From Candidatus Methylumidiphilus alinenensis (lineage in GTDB: Bacteria > Pseudomonadota > Gammaproteobacteria > Methylococcales > Methylococcaceae), in contig QJPH01000143.1 in NCBI GenBank assembly GCA_003242955.1, positions 15,679-79,678 of the forward strand: 64,000 bases of DNA, given 5' to 3'. Positions 27,318-37,684 of the stretch are shown in pieces. The notes under the pieces are model-generated. The model made no database searches and was not told the origin of the DNA. It saw only the letters and a program-made list of their open reading frames with translations. The stretch's first letter is position 1. Every line of letters begins with the position of its first letter. The position numbers and the translations under genes are program-made.

Positions 27318-28246
27318 AAATCCTTTTCGCTGGAACCCCGGAATTTTCCATACCCAGCCTGGAAATGCTGCTTGCCTCGGAGCATCAGATTGTGGGTGTT
27401 TATACCCAGCCGGATCGGCCGGCGGGCAGGGGTCGCAAGGACAGGCCCAGCCCGGTCAAGGCATTGGCACTTTCCTGCGGGATACCGGTTTGCCAGCCCA
27501 TCAGCTTGAAATCAGCGGATGAACACAAAAAACTGTCCGCATTTGGGGCCGATTTAATGGTGGTGGTCGCTTACGGGTTGATGTTGCCCAAAGACATCTT
27601 GGAAACTCCACGGTTTGGCTGTGTCAACGTCCATGGGTCATTGCTGCCCCGCTGGCGCGGAGCGGCACCCATACAACGCGCGATCATGGCCGGTGATGCG
27701 GAAACAGGGGTCACCATCATGTTCCTTGAACCTAAAATGGATGCCGGGCCTATGTTGCTCAAGGTGGCGACCCCGCTACAGCCGTTGGAAACCTCTGCGG
27801 AATTGTATGACCGGCTGGCGGTTTTAGGTGCCGACGCGTTGGAACAGTGTCTGCCAGGAATTGAAACTGGTATGCTAAAAGCAGAAAATCAAGACGAATC
27901 ACTTGCCACCTATGCGAGTAAACTTGAAAAGGGCGAGGCAACCATTGATTGGACGCTTCCTGCTGCCTGCTTGGAAAGAAAGGTCAGGGCGTTTAATCCT
28001 TGGCCTGTGGCGGAAACTGTTTACCAAGGAGAAACACTGCGTATCTGGCGCGCAGAGGCGCTTGACAACGAGTCTTACGGAAAGCCCGGCGAGGTTTTGT
28101 CTGATCGCAAAACCTTAGACGTGGCCACGGGAGAAGGTTTGCTTCGCTTGCTAGAACTGCAACTTCCCGGTGGCAGACGGCTTGCTGCTGCCGATTTTCT
28201 CAACTCCCACCCGGTGAAAAATATGCATTTTGGCGTAGGCACTTGA
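27314..28246 (+). CDS. fmt: Methionyl-tRNA formyltransferase
   Basis: [12 protein letters not shown] start and [18 protein letters not shown] motif. It overlaps def by 4 nt. Confidence 0.95.
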   Translation: MKILFAGTPEFSIPSLEMLLASEHQIVGVYTQPDRPAGRGRKDRPSPVKALALSCGIPVCQPISLKSADEHKKLSAFGADLMVVVAYGLMLPKDILETPRFGCVNVHGSLLPRWRGAAPIQRAIMAGDAETGVTIMFLEPKMDAGPMLLKVATPLQPLETSAELYDRLAVLGADALEQCLPGIETGMLKAENQDESLATYASKLEKGEATIDWTLPAACLERKVRAFNPWPVAETVYQGETLRIWRAEALDNESYGKPGEVLSDRKTLDVATGEGLLRLLELQLPGGRRLAAADFLNSHPVKNMHFGVGT

Positions 28247-29532
28247 ATACCCGCACATTGGCAGCGAATGTATTGGCGCAGGTGATTGTCGAGGGCAAGT
28301 CCCTTACCGACGCGCTGGAAGAAATCTTGCCGAAAATATCACTCGATAATGACCGGGCATTCGTACAAGCGCTGTGTTTTGGCGTGACACGCTGGTATTT
28401 CAGGCTTGACTTCATCCTTAGGCAACTAGCGCCCAAACCCATCCGAAACCAGGAGGTCAGGCTGCTCGCACTGCTTGGCTTATACCAACTGGAGTATACG
28501 AGGGTCAAACCGCATGCGGCAGTATCCGAAACGGTCTCCGCTTTAGGGGACAAACTTTGGGCAAAGCCATTGGTAAACGCTGTCTTGCGCCGCTTCCAAA
28601 GGGAAAGGGGGCATCTTTTAGCACTCGCCGACAGGGATGAATCCGCCACTTTCTCCCATCCCGGCTGGCTGATCGGAAAGATCCGCAAGAATTGGCCCAA
28701 GCAGTGGGAAACTATCTTGGAACAGGCCAATTGGCAACCGCCAATGACTTTGCGCGTCAATTTGAAGCAGGGAAGCCGCACGGGCTATTTAGGCAGCTTG
28801 GCTGAGTCTGGCATAGTGGCACACCCGTGCCGATTCGCTGCTTCTGGTATAACTCTGGAAGCCCCTGTTTCGGTGCAAAGCTTGCCAGGATTTGCAAAAG
28901 GCGCGGTTTCCGTCCAGGATGAGGCGGCACAATTGGCTGTCGGGCTACTTAGGCTTGAACCAACGCATAGGGTTTTGGACGTTTGCGCCGCGCCTGGAGG
29001 CAAGACCTTGCACATATTGGAAAGCCACTCTGACCTAGGGGAGGTCGTTGCACTGGACATTGCCGCGGAAAGACTTGCTAAAATGAAGGAAAACCTTGTC
29101 CGCGCCAGTCTTGATGCCACCGTTGTTTGTGCGGATGCCGCCAAAATCGAGGCATGGTGGGACGGCAAGCCGTTTGACCGCATTTTGCTGGATGCGCCTT
29201 GTTCCGCCACTGGCGTGATTCGCCGTCACCCTGACATCAAATTGTTGCGCCAGCCCGTAGACATAGCCAAACTGGTGGATTTGCAACGCCGCATCCTTGC
29301 TAGTGTTTGGACAATGCTGAAAAAGGACGGGCTTCTTGTTTATGCAACTTGCTCCATACTGAAAGAGGAAAATGAAACACAAATCGAGACATTTCTACAG
29401 AACCATCCCGATGCGAGGGAAGTACCCATTGAATCTGCATGGGGCAGCCCCCGTCTGCATGGATGCCAGATTCTTAGTGGAGATGACGGAATGGATGGGT
29501 TTTATTACGCATGCCTAACGAAATGTCATTAG
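28243..29532 (+). CDS. rsmB: 16S rRNA (cytosine967-C5)-methyltransferase
   Basis: NusB-like N-terminal part, SAM motif [10 protein letters not shown], and catalytic regions [15 protein letters not shown] and YATCS. Confidence 0.9.
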   Translation: MNTRTLAANVLAQVIVEGKSLTDALEEILPKISLDNDRAFVQALCFGVTRWYFRLDFILRQLAPKPIRNQEVRLLALLGLYQLEYTRVKPHAAVSETVSALGDKLWAKPLVNAVLRRFQRERGHLLALADRDESATFSHPGWLIGKIRKNWPKQWETILEQANWQPPMTLRVNLKQGSRTGYLGSLAESGIVAHPCRFAASGITLEAPVSVQSLPGFAKGAVSVQDEAAQLAVGLLRLEPTHRVLDVCAAPGGKTLHILESHSDLGEVVALDIAAERLAKMKENLVRASLDATVVCADAAKIEAWWDGKPFDRILLDAPCSATGVIRRHPDIKLLRQPVDIAKLVDLQRRILASVWTMLKKDGLLVYATCSILKEENETQIETFLQNHPDAREVPIESAWGSPRLHGCQILSGDDGMDGFYYACLTKCH

Positions 29533-30116
29533 AGCACAACCTAATTTTGAAGCTGCGAAGCTTAATGGTTCTAAGCGCTTTGCTAATGCCGCTTGTTTCT
29601 ACATGGGTTAATGCGGATGGTTATGGTTTCAATATCCAGCGCGCCGAATTGCTACTGGACGAGTCGGGACAAATGTATACGTTGGATGCCGATATCGACT
29701 ATCGCTTCAGCGAACCCGCTATTGACGCGCTTCGGAATGGAGTTCCCCTGGATCTAGTATTGCACTTAATTATCAAGCAGGAATCCGGCTGGTGGTGGCG
29801 GAAGACTTTGCTGGACGAAAAATTTTCTTATCGCATCGACTACCATTCCTTATCCAAGTTTTACCAAATCATCTATGACAACAGTACCCCCCCGCGAAAT
29901 TTTGTCAGCTTCAATGCCCTGCTCGAAACGATGGGATCAATCCGGGGAATGCCGGTTATGCAATCGGCGCTCCTGAAACAAGGAGAGCGCTATGGAGCCA
30001 TCCTCACGGTGGGGTTGGATATCGAATCACTGCCCTTGCCATTACGTCCAGTGGCTTACATAAGCCCTGCTTGGCATCTATCCAGTCCGCAATACAAATG
30101 GACCTTCGTAAACTGA
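29511..30116 (+). CDS. DUF4390 domain-containing protein (periplasmic/secreted)
   Basis: Hydrophobic N-terminus, 201 aa, in the conserved position between rsmB and the ntrY-like kinase. The exact start is uncertain. Confidence 0.6.
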   Translation: MPNEMSLEHNLILKLRSLMVLSALLMPLVSTWVNADGYGFNIQRAELLLDESGQMYTLDADIDYRFSEPAIDALRNGVPLDLVLHLIIKQESGWWWRKTLLDEKFSYRIDYHSLSKFYQIIYDNSTPPRNFVSFNALLETMGSIRGMPVMQSALLKQGERYGAILTVGLDIESLPLPLRPVAYISPAWHLSSPQYKWTFVN

Positions 30117-32275
30117 GGCCGCCTTTGGGCCTTTACATCTTGGTGCTGTTCGCGGCCATCGTCGCGTCGTTGCACTTGATGAGTTCCGCCACCCAAGACT
30201 CGTCACGGCTTGGGGAGATGTATTCATGGCTGCTATTGATCAACGCACTCGGTTCGGTGTTGTTGTTAGGGCTTGTCGGTGCCAATGTTTACTGGTTGTT
30301 GCTGCAACTCAAAAGAAAGGCGGCAGGTTCGCTACTGACTGCACGGATGGTGTTTTTGTTCATCCTACTGGCCTTGGCCCCTGCGGCTATTGTTTTTTAT
30401 TTCTCCATGCAATTTCTACAGCAAAACATCGACAGTTGGTTCGATGTCCGCATTGACCAGGCCATGGATGATGCCCTTGAATTGAGCCGTTCTGCTCTGG
30501 ACGAACGGGAGAGGGGGCTTTTGAAACAGACCGAACAGGTAGCCAGCCACTTGGAAAACATGCCTGCCTCCATGGTAGGGATTACACTCAGTGAAGTTTA
30601 CGAAAATCCCATCGAAGGCGAGTTGACAGTATTCAACAAAAAAGGCCGGGTCATCGTATCCAGCGGTTCAAGTTCCGACAATATCGTTCCCGATTTGCCC
30701 GGCGAGGGCATACTTATACAACTGCGGCAAGACAAATCCTACGTCGGATTGGAACCCACCGCTGGCGAAGGCATGAAAATCCGTGCAGTGGTCTTGGTTA
30801 ATGGCCGCGATGAAAATTATTATCTCCAGGCGATATTTCCAGTACCCAAACGACTGGCGGAATTGGGCGACACTGTCGAATCGGCACATGCCCACTACAA
30901 AAAATTAATTTTCCTGCGCAGTCACCTTAAGGGCACCTTCGCATTGACGCTGTCGCTGGTGTTGCTGCTTAGCCTGTTGGCGGCAATCTGGGGGGCCTTT
31001 GTCAGCATCCGCCGGATAGTCGCCCCGGTCCGCCGTCTAGCGGAGGGCACCCGTGCGGTGGCAGAGGGTAATTATGAAAAGCGCCTGCCGGTAAAGAGTA
31101 AAGACGAACTGGGTTTTCTAGTGGAGTCTTTTAACGCCATGACCGCCAAGATTGCCAGGGCCAGGGATGAGGCGCATATTTCCAAGGTCGAAGTGGAGCG
31201 CCAGCGCGCTTACCTGGAAACGGTGCTGGCCAACTTGTCTTCTGGAGTGATGAGCTTCGACGGCCATTTGCGTTTACAGACGGCAAATCTTGCCGCAGAC
31301 ACTATCCTTCATATTGATGTAGTCGGTTTAATCAATACGCCGTTGCCGGGGTTGGCCGAGGCGTATCCCCACCTTGGTGAATTGATGGGATTTATCGGAG
31401 AGCGTTTGATCCGTGAAAAACCATGGCGTGAAGAGGTCCATTTCAACGGACCCTATGGGCGGCAGGACCTATTTTGCCGTGGCACACCCCTGTTTGACGT
31501 CGGCAGGGCGTGGCAGGGTGCAGTCGTGGTGTTTGACGACGTGTCCGCGCTGCTCCAAGCCCAGCGTCGGGCGGCTTGGGGCGAGGTGGCCCAAAGGCTG
31601 GCACATGAGATTAAAAATCCGTTGACACCGATACAGCTTTCCGCCGAACGGCTCAAACATAAGCTTTCAAAAAGCCTGGGCGAAGCTGATGCCGAGGTGC
31701 TTGACCGTTCCACTCGAACCATCGTCCAACAGGTGGAGGCAATGAAAAGCATGGTGAACGCCTTTGCCGAATATGCCAAACCCTCTGTCATCAATCCACA
31801 ACCGGTCGATCTTCGCCTACTCATTGAGGAGGTGGTCGCATTGTATCCTTCCCAATCGGGCATGGAGTTTACGATGGTCTTGGAAAAGAATTTGCCTAAG
31901 GTTTTCGCCGACCCTGTGCGAATGCGCCAAGTTTTGCACAATATGATCAAAAATGCCCAGGAGGCAATTACCCCAGGAGTGCCAGGAACTATGTTTATCA
32001 ACACGCATTTGACTCAAGTAAGCGGCAATGCCTTTGTCGAAATACTGCTAAGGGATGATGGACCCGGCATCGCCCCCGGTCAGGCTGAGCGCATTTTCGA
32101 CCCCTACGTCACCACCAAGACCAAGGGGACGGGGCTGGGCCTTGCCATCGTCAAGAAGATTATCGAAGAGCACGGGGGTTCCATCCATCTGGACCAAACC
32201 CTTCAGGGTGGCGCCGGGTTCGTCATTCGTCTGCCTCTTGCGGATATGGCACGGGAAGGAGTCGTCCATGGCTAA
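30098..32275 (+). CDS. ntrY: NtrY-like membrane sensor histidine kinase (HAMP-PAS-HisKA-HATPase)
   Basis: N-terminal TM segments, H-box LAHEIKNPLTPI, and N/G boxes HNMIKNAQEA, DDGPGI, GTGLGLAIV. The start is set at ATG 30098 (MDLRKLRPP). Confidence 0.8.
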   Translation: MDLRKLRPPLGLYILVLFAAIVASLHLMSSATQDSSRLGEMYSWLLLINALGSVLLLGLVGANVYWLLLQLKRKAAGSLLTARMVFLFILLALAPAAIVFYFSMQFLQQNIDSWFDVRIDQAMDDALELSRSALDERERGLLKQTEQVASHLENMPASMVGITLSEVYENPIEGELTVFNKKGRVIVSSGSSSDNIVPDLPGEGILIQLRQDKSYVGLEPTAGEGMKIRAVVLVNGRDENYYLQAIFPVPKRLAELGDTVESAHAHYKKLIFLRSHLKGTFALTLSLVLLLSLLAAIWGAFVSIRRIVAPVRRLAEGTRAVAEGNYEKRLPVKSKDELGFLVESFNAMTAKIARARDEAHISKVEVERQRAYLETVLANLSSGVMSFDGHLRLQTANLAADTILHIDVVGLINTPLPGLAEAYPHLGELMGFIGERLIREKPWREEVHFNGPYGRQDLFCRGTPLFDVGRAWQGAVVVFDDVSALLQAQRRAAWGEVAQRLAHEIKNPLTPIQLSAERLKHKLSKSLGEADAEVLDRSTRTIVQQVEAMKSMVNAFAEYAKPSVINPQPVDLRLLIEEVVALYPSQSGMEFTMVLEKNLPKVFADPVRMRQVLHNMIKNAQEAITPGVPGTMFINTHLTQVSGNAFVEILLRDDGPGIAPGQAERIFDPYVTTKTKGTGLGLAIVKKIIEEHGGSIHLDQTLQGGAGFVIRLPLADMAREGVVHG

Positions 32276-33641
32276 AGCCTATATCATGGTTGTGGATGAC
32301 GAGCCTGACATTCGCCAATTGTTGCAGGAAATTCTCGAAGACGAAGATTATGAAGTGGCTGTTGCCCATAATGGCGCAAGCGCCCGTGCGCTAAGGGCAA
32401 CGCGCCGCCCCGACCTGATCCTGCTGGACATTTGGATGCCTGATGAAGACGGCATCACCCTGCTAAAATTTTGGCTGAATGAGGATCAGAGCGCATCCCC
32501 TGTGATCATGATGTCTGGACACGCAACGGTGGAGACGGCGGTGGAAGCAACCCGGCTTGGCGCCTACGATTTTCTTGAGAAGCCATTGTCGTTGGCTAAA
32601 CTACTGGTCACGGTGGAACGGGCGTTGGAAAACGTGCGGCTGAAGCGGGAAAACATCGGACTCAAACGACGTGTGGAGGCGTTGGTCGAACCCATTGGCA
32701 AAAGCGCTGTCATGGAGAGGCTCCGTGAGCAAGCCCGTCGGTTGGGACAGCACGATGCCCGCGTTTTACTCATCGGCGAGCCGGGCTGCGGCAAGGAAAA
32801 TCTGGCCCGCTATCTGCATTCCCACAGCCCAAGGCGCGATGGACCATTCATTGATGTCGGTGTTGGTGCGATTGCCCCAAAGTTTTCGGCGATAGAGTTT
32901 TTTGGGCGGGAGGAAGATGCCAAAATTCATGAGGGACTGCTGGAACAGGCGCACGGCGGAACCCTGTTTTTGGATGAGGTGGCGGATATGGAGGAGGAAA
33001 CACAGGTTCGCCTATTGAGCGTTTTGGAGTCGCATAATTTTTCCCGCGTGGGTGGCGGCGAGCCGATTACTGTGGATGTTAGGATTATCGCTTCCACGCG
33101 CAAATCGCTGGACGAAGAAGTCCGTGAAGGCCGCTTCCGCCGGGAGCTTTATTATTTGCTCAATGTGGTCACCTTAAAAATTCCGCCATTGCGGGAACAT
33201 AACGATGACATTCCCGAATTGCTAAGATTTTATGTCGATTACTACGTCAGTAGAGAGAAACTCGGGTTCCGCCGTTTTCCCGTGGCGGTGCAGAACTTCC
33301 TCCGCCACTATGCATGGTATGGCAATATTCGGGAATTGAAAAATTTAGTGCAACGGCTTTTGATACTAGGTTCGGGTGAAGAGGTCACGCTGGAGGAGGT
33401 TAAAGCCTCGTTGGGCGATTCATTGGGTGAACTTCCCACTGGCGGCACCCAGCAAGCCCCCGATTATTACGAACTACCGTTGAAGGAGGCTCGCGAGCGT
33501 TTCGAGAAGGATTACTTAGAATATCACTTAGACAAATACGGCGGCAGCGTCGCCCGTCTATCCCATGCGATTGGATTGGAACGCACCCATCTTTATCGCA
33601 AGTTGAATTCCTTGGGAATTAAGTTCCGGGAGAAGAAATAG
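32268..33641 (+). CDS. ntrX: NtrX-like response regulator (REC - AAA+ - Fis-type HTH)
   Basis: The start is set at MAKAYIMVVDDEPDIR, ATG 32268, with an 8-nt overlap with the kinase gene. The phospho-acceptor context is LILLDIWMPD and Walker A is GEPGCGKE. The GAFTGA sigma-54 contact loop is absent (EFFGREEDAKIHEG), as in NtrX proteins. Confidence 0.8.
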   Translation: MAKAYIMVVDDEPDIRQLLQEILEDEDYEVAVAHNGASARALRATRRPDLILLDIWMPDEDGITLLKFWLNEDQSASPVIMMSGHATVETAVEATRLGAYDFLEKPLSLAKLLVTVERALENVRLKRENIGLKRRVEALVEPIGKSAVMERLREQARRLGQHDARVLLIGEPGCGKENLARYLHSHSPRRDGPFIDVGVGAIAPKFSAIEFFGREEDAKIHEGLLEQAHGGTLFLDEVADMEEETQVRLLSVLESHNFSRVGGGEPITVDVRIIASTRKSLDEEVREGRFRRELYYLLNVVTLKIPPLREHNDDIPELLRFYVDYYVSREKLGFRRFPVAVQNFLRHYAWYGNIRELKNLVQRLLILGSGEEVTLEEVKASLGDSLGELPTGGTQQAPDYYELPLKEARERFEKDYLEYHLDKYGGSVARLSHAIGLERTHLYRKLNSLGIKFREKK

Positions 33642-33642
33642 T

Positions 33643-35025
33643 ATGAAAATTATCATCCTCGGTGCTGGGCAAGTCGGCTCCAGCGTTTTGGGCAGTTTGG
33701 TGAGCGAAGCCAACGATATTGTCGTGATCGACACCCAATCGGATGTTTTGCGTGATCTGCAAGACCGTTACGATATTTCCACCGTGCAAGGCAACGCCGC
33801 CCACCCCACCGTTTTAGCGAAGGCGGGTGCGGCGGACGCGGAAATGTTGATTGCCGTCACGAGTGACGACGAAACCAATATGCTGGCCTGCCAAATTGCC
33901 GGCACCTTGTTCAAAGTACCGAAAAAAATAGCCCGCGTTCGTGCCATCGAGTATCTGAGTTACCCGGAAATTTTTGGCCCGAATGCCATTTTAATCGATG
34001 TGGTCATCAGCCCCGAACAGATTGTCACCCGCTTCATCGAGCGACTCCTCGAATACCCTGGAGCCTCGCAAGTCTTGGATTTCGCCGACGGCAAGGTGCG
34101 TTTGGTTTCGGTGCGCGCCCACCGTGGCGGGCCGCTGGTCGGTCGTGAAATCAAGGAACTCCACCAGCACATGCCGAATGTCCATGCCCGTATCACCGCC
34201 ATTTTCCGCAAGGGCCAGCCAATCATACCGAACGGCAAGGTCATCATCGAGGCGGACGACGAGGTGTTCTTCGTAGCCTCTAGCGAGGAAACCAAAGACG
34301 TGATGAGCGAACTGTGCGAGATTGACAAGCCTTACAAACGGCTCATGTTCGCCGGCGGTGGCCACATCGGCAAGCGTGTCGCCCAGGCTTTGGAAAATCG
34401 TTATCAAGTGAAGGTCATCGAAAAAAATGCCCGCCGTGCGAAGAAAATAGCCGCTGAACTGAGCAATACTGTCGTTCTCTTGGGTGATGCGTCGGATAAG
34501 GAATTGCTGATAAGTGAAAATATTGAGAGCACCGACGTATTTTGCGCCATCACCAACGAAGATGAAGCTAACATCCTTTCTGCCATGCTTGCCAAACGCC
34601 TAGGCGCAAGGCGGGTGATCAGCCTGGTCAACAAGAGTGCCTATGCCGATATTGTCGATGCGAGCCTAGTTGATTTAGTCATATCGCCGCAACAATCCAC
34701 CATCGGCTGCCTGTTGCGCCATGTGCGCAAGGGCGATGTGGTGCAGGTCCACTCCTTGCGCCACGGCGAAGCGGAGGCAATAGAAGCAATCGCCCACGGC
34801 ACAAAGGGCCAGTCCGAAATTGTCGGCCAGCGCATAGACCAAGTCAAAATCCCCGCTGGCGTAGTGATGGGCGCACTGGTTCGCGGAGACGAGGTGATAC
34901 AGGTGCACCATGACACCATCATTGAAGAAGGCGACCATGTCATCATGTTCCTACACGACAAGAAACTCATCCGGGTCGTCGAAAAGCTCTTCCAGTCCAC
35001 CGCGCCCTCCCCGTCCACGATCTAG
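33643..35025 (+). CDS. trkA: Trk system potassium uptake protein TrkA
   Basis: Two NAD-binding Rossmann starts (MKIIILGAGQVG and LMFAGGGHIGKRV), each followed by a TrkA-C domain. Length is 460 aa. Confidence 0.9.
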   Translation: MKIIILGAGQVGSSVLGSLVSEANDIVVIDTQSDVLRDLQDRYDISTVQGNAAHPTVLAKAGAADAEMLIAVTSDDETNMLACQIAGTLFKVPKKIARVRAIEYLSYPEIFGPNAILIDVVISPEQIVTRFIERLLEYPGASQVLDFADGKVRLVSVRAHRGGPLVGREIKELHQHMPNVHARITAIFRKGQPIIPNGKVIIEADDEVFFVASSEETKDVMSELCEIDKPYKRLMFAGGGHIGKRVAQALENRYQVKVIEKNARRAKKIAAELSNTVVLLGDASDKELLISENIESTDVFCAITNEDEANILSAMLAKRLGARRVISLVNKSAYADIVDASLVDLVISPQQSTIGCLLRHVRKGDVVQVHSLRHGEAEAIEAIAHGTKGQSEIVGQRIDQVKIPAGVVMGALVRGDEVIQVHHDTIIEEGDHVIMFLHDKKLIRVVEKLFQSTAPSPSTI

Positions 35026-35027
35026 TC

Positions 35028-35609
35028 ATGTCGGCAGAGGCAACTCGGGAAAAATGGGACCGCGCCTACTCGGACGCGTCGGAGCGTGAGCCAGAACCTG
35101 CCGAAGTCTTGGCCGATAATGCCCATTTGCTGCCGCCCACAGGTCAAGCTTTGGACTTGGCTTGCGGCTTGGGCGGCAATGCGCTGTTTCTGGCTCGTCG
35201 GGGATTCAAGCTTAGCGCTTGGGATATTTCGCCTGTGGCCATCGCACGGCTTGCGGATTTGGCTGGGCGTTTGGGGCTTGAGATCGAGGCGCAAGTGAGG
35301 GATGTAGGGACCATGCCTTTTCCCCGCGAGGCTTTCGATGTAGTGACCGTCAGTCGCTTCCTCGCCAGACCGCTGGCGGGGCCAATTTATGACAGCCTGA
35401 GGCCGGGTGGGCTATTGTTTTACCAAACCTTCGTGCGCGAAAAACCGGCTCCCTGCGGTCCCTGCAACCCCGACTATTTGTTGGCGGAAAATGAATTGCT
35501 GCAATTGTTTGACGGCCTGCGCGTGTTGTTCTACCGCGAGGAGGGATTGGTTGGCGATCTCACTGCTGGAAATAGGAATGAGGCGTATTTTGTCGGGCAG
35601 AAGCGTTGA
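35028..35609 (+). CDS. Class I SAM-dependent methyltransferase (TehB/TPMT-like)
   Basis: The SAM motif is ALDLACGLGGNALFLA. Length is 193 aa. Confidence 0.7.
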   Translation: MSAEATREKWDRAYSDASEREPEPAEVLADNAHLLPPTGQALDLACGLGGNALFLARRGFKLSAWDISPVAIARLADLAGRLGLEIEAQVRDVGTMPFPREAFDVVTVSRFLARPLAGPIYDSLRPGGLLFYQTFVREKPAPCGPCNPDYLLAENELLQLFDGLRVLFYREEGLVGDLTAGNRNEAYFVGQKR

Positions 35610-35842
35610 TATTTAACTGGCTGCTAAATTTTGATCGTTCCCACGCTCCGGCGGGTTTGAAGGCACTGGAGCGCTCATCGTTATACACAAGTGTTGGAGG
35701 CCCGTCATTTCGGCAGGGATGCCGAAATCCAGCGTCCAAGGATGGCAAACTCGGGGCCACGACAGATATTCCCGCAACCGCTTATATCTAACTACGGGAT
35801 GGCATGTTACCTGAATCAGGCATTTGCACAACCGACTTGTTA

Positions 35843-36007
35843 GGTGATTTCCAATAATGAATCCACCAAAACCGAAATGAATTGTCCACGAGAATCACAA
35901 ACACCTTCTTCGCAAATCACCTTGCCAAGCTGGAGCTTGGCGTTCCTTCTGGGAGCGCCAAGCACCAGCTTGGCCTTTGGATGGGATGTTCTTTATTGGA
36001 TATTACC
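35843..36007. mobile_element. MITE family D, 165-bp copy in inverted orientation
   Basis: TIRs are GGTGATTTCCAATAA / TTATTGGATATTACC. The TTA duplication lies at 35840-35842 and 36008-36010, which is the reverse complement of the TAA seen at the other two copies. Confidence 0.85.
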
Positions 36008-36122
36008 TTACCGTCCATGGCCTGGATTTCGGCATCCATGCCGAAATGACGGATTTTCCGGTTTGGCTGGACTTGTGTATAACGACGAACGCTGGAGCGT
36101 GGTAACGATAAAAACTAAAGAG

Positions 36123-37031
36123 ATGAACATGACAGCCAGACACAGAAAACTTATCAGTTTTGATTGGGCGATCAAGAAAATTCTTCGCAGCAAAGCTAAC
36201 TTTTGCGTGTTAGAAGGTTTTTTAAGCGAATTGCTGTTTGATGATATAACAATTAAAGAAATCCTTGAAACTGAGAGCAATAAAAATTCTAGGGAAGATA
36301 AATTCAATCGCCTGGATATTAAAGTAAAGAATTCAAAAGATGAAATAATAATCATTGAAATTCAATACGGTCGTGAACTGGATTATATGCAAAGAATGCT
36401 GTATGGCTCGGCAAAAGCAATTACTGAATATATTAAAGAATCTGACCCTTATTCAAAAATAGTCAAAATTATTTTAATAAACATATTATATTTTGATTTA
36501 GGCGAGGGCGATGATTATATTTATAAAGGCATAACTTCATTCATAGGTTTGCATAATCAAGGTCAATTAAAGCTGGATAGCAATCAAGCGAAGCTGTATA
36601 AAACGGATAAAATAGAGGCAATTTATCCTGAATATTATTTAATTAAGGTCAATAATTTTAACGATATTGCGAAAGACAGCTTGGATCAATGGATTTATTT
36701 TTTAAAAAATGAAGAGGTTAAGGATGATTTTAAAGCGAGGGGATTGGATAAAGCGAAAGAGATTTTGGATTATTTGAAATGCTCTGATGAAGAAAAAAGA
36801 GACTATGAATACTATAAAGAATCTTTGCATTATCAAGCCAGTATGTATGAATCGACCTATGTGGTTGGGAAAATAGATGGAAAAACAGAGGCTTTTATTT
36901 TATTATTAAAAAGTCGCTTTGGACAATTAACCACTGAGCAAATTGAAAAAATTAAATCGCTGGGTGATGAAAAACTTAACCAAGTTTTACAGAAACTTTG
37001 GACTGCGCAAAGTTTTCAGGAATTATTCTAA
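36123..37031 (+). CDS. Rpn-family recombination-promoting nuclease / putative transposase (PD-(D/E)XK)
   Basis: Very AT-rich. The start is set at ATG 36123 (MNMTARHRKLISFDWAIKKIL). The nuclease core is RLDIKVKNSKDEIIIIEIQYGRE. The first 93 codons of the tracked ORF (from 35844) are MITE read-through. Confidence 0.7.
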   Translation: MNMTARHRKLISFDWAIKKILRSKANFCVLEGFLSELLFDDITIKEILETESNKNSREDKFNRLDIKVKNSKDEIIIIEIQYGRELDYMQRMLYGSAKAITEYIKESDPYSKIVKIILINILYFDLGEGDDYIYKGITSFIGLHNQGQLKLDSNQAKLYKTDKIEAIYPEYYLIKVNNFNDIAKDSLDQWIYFLKNEEVKDDFKARGLDKAKEILDYLKCSDEEKRDYEYYKESLHYQASMYESTYVVGKIDGKTEAFILLLKSRFGQLTTEQIEKIKSLGDEKLNQVLQKLWTAQSFQELF

Positions 37032-37215
37032 ATAATCCTAAATATGATCGTTCCCACTCTCCGGCGCTCGACGTTATACACAAGTCCAAGCAAGCCGGAA
37101 AAGTCGTCATACCGGCCGGGAAGCCGGTATCCAGTCACAGGGATGTGAAACTTCAAACTTATGATAGGGTTTGCCGTAACGAATAGTTTGCCATCCTTGG
37201 GCGTCTGGATTCCGG

Positions 37216-37318
37216 GTAAGCGTTCACCCCCCCCTGGGAGCGTGGGCGTCTCGCCCGCTGAAATGGAGGCCAAGATGGCCGCGCTGCCGGGAAAAAGCGG
37301 GGGGGGGTGAACGCTTAC
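37216..37318. mobile_element. MITE family I (103 bp) nested in a hairpin-module repeat, with a perfect 8-bp target-site duplication
   Basis: 19-bp perfect TIRs are GTAAGCGTTCACCCCCCCC / GGGGGGGGTGAACGCTTAC. GATTCCGG lies at 37208-37215 and again at 37319-37326. The interrupted host sequence CTGGATTCCGG|CATCCCAGCCGGAATGACG is a family C-type arm. Confidence 0.9.
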
Positions 37319-37684
37319 GATTCCGGCATCCCAGCCGGAATGACGTGCCTTCAACACTTGTGTATAACGGCGAGCGCTCCGGCGTGGAAACCGAAACTGC
37401 CCCGCACGGCGGGTTGAAGGCACTGGAGTGCCTAGGGCCACATTCCCATACTAGAGCGTCATTGCCATTAAGTTAAGGGTTTCAATATGCCAACGCCGGG
37501 AGTGCAAGGCTTGCCTTGCCTGGATTTACAGAAAACGATCACCCCCTATAGTCAATTTCGACTAATTGGTACAATGGTCGCAACATTCTGAACTTTCTTA
37601 TAATTTGTGGCTTGATGCCAAAGATAGGTGTAATCTGTTGGAAAAAAGGTCAATGAATTGGGCGGAAAAAGCGACTAACCCAAT

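Noticed and set aside
35844-36122. N-terminal 93 codons of the tracked 395-aa ORF
   Set aside because: This stretch reads straight through a family D MITE and family C/B repeat fragments. The recognisable Rpn-like protein, and the AT-rich composition, begin at ATG 36123.
35610-37540. Possibility that the recurring GTCATTCCGGCAGGGATGCCGGAATCCAG hairpins (also at 39061, 50118-50503 and 58498-58636) form a CRISPR array
   Set aside because: The repeats are palindromic and occur in both orientations. Their spacing is irregular, several have TIRs and target-site duplications, and there are no uniform spacers or cas genes. They are MITE/REP-type elements.
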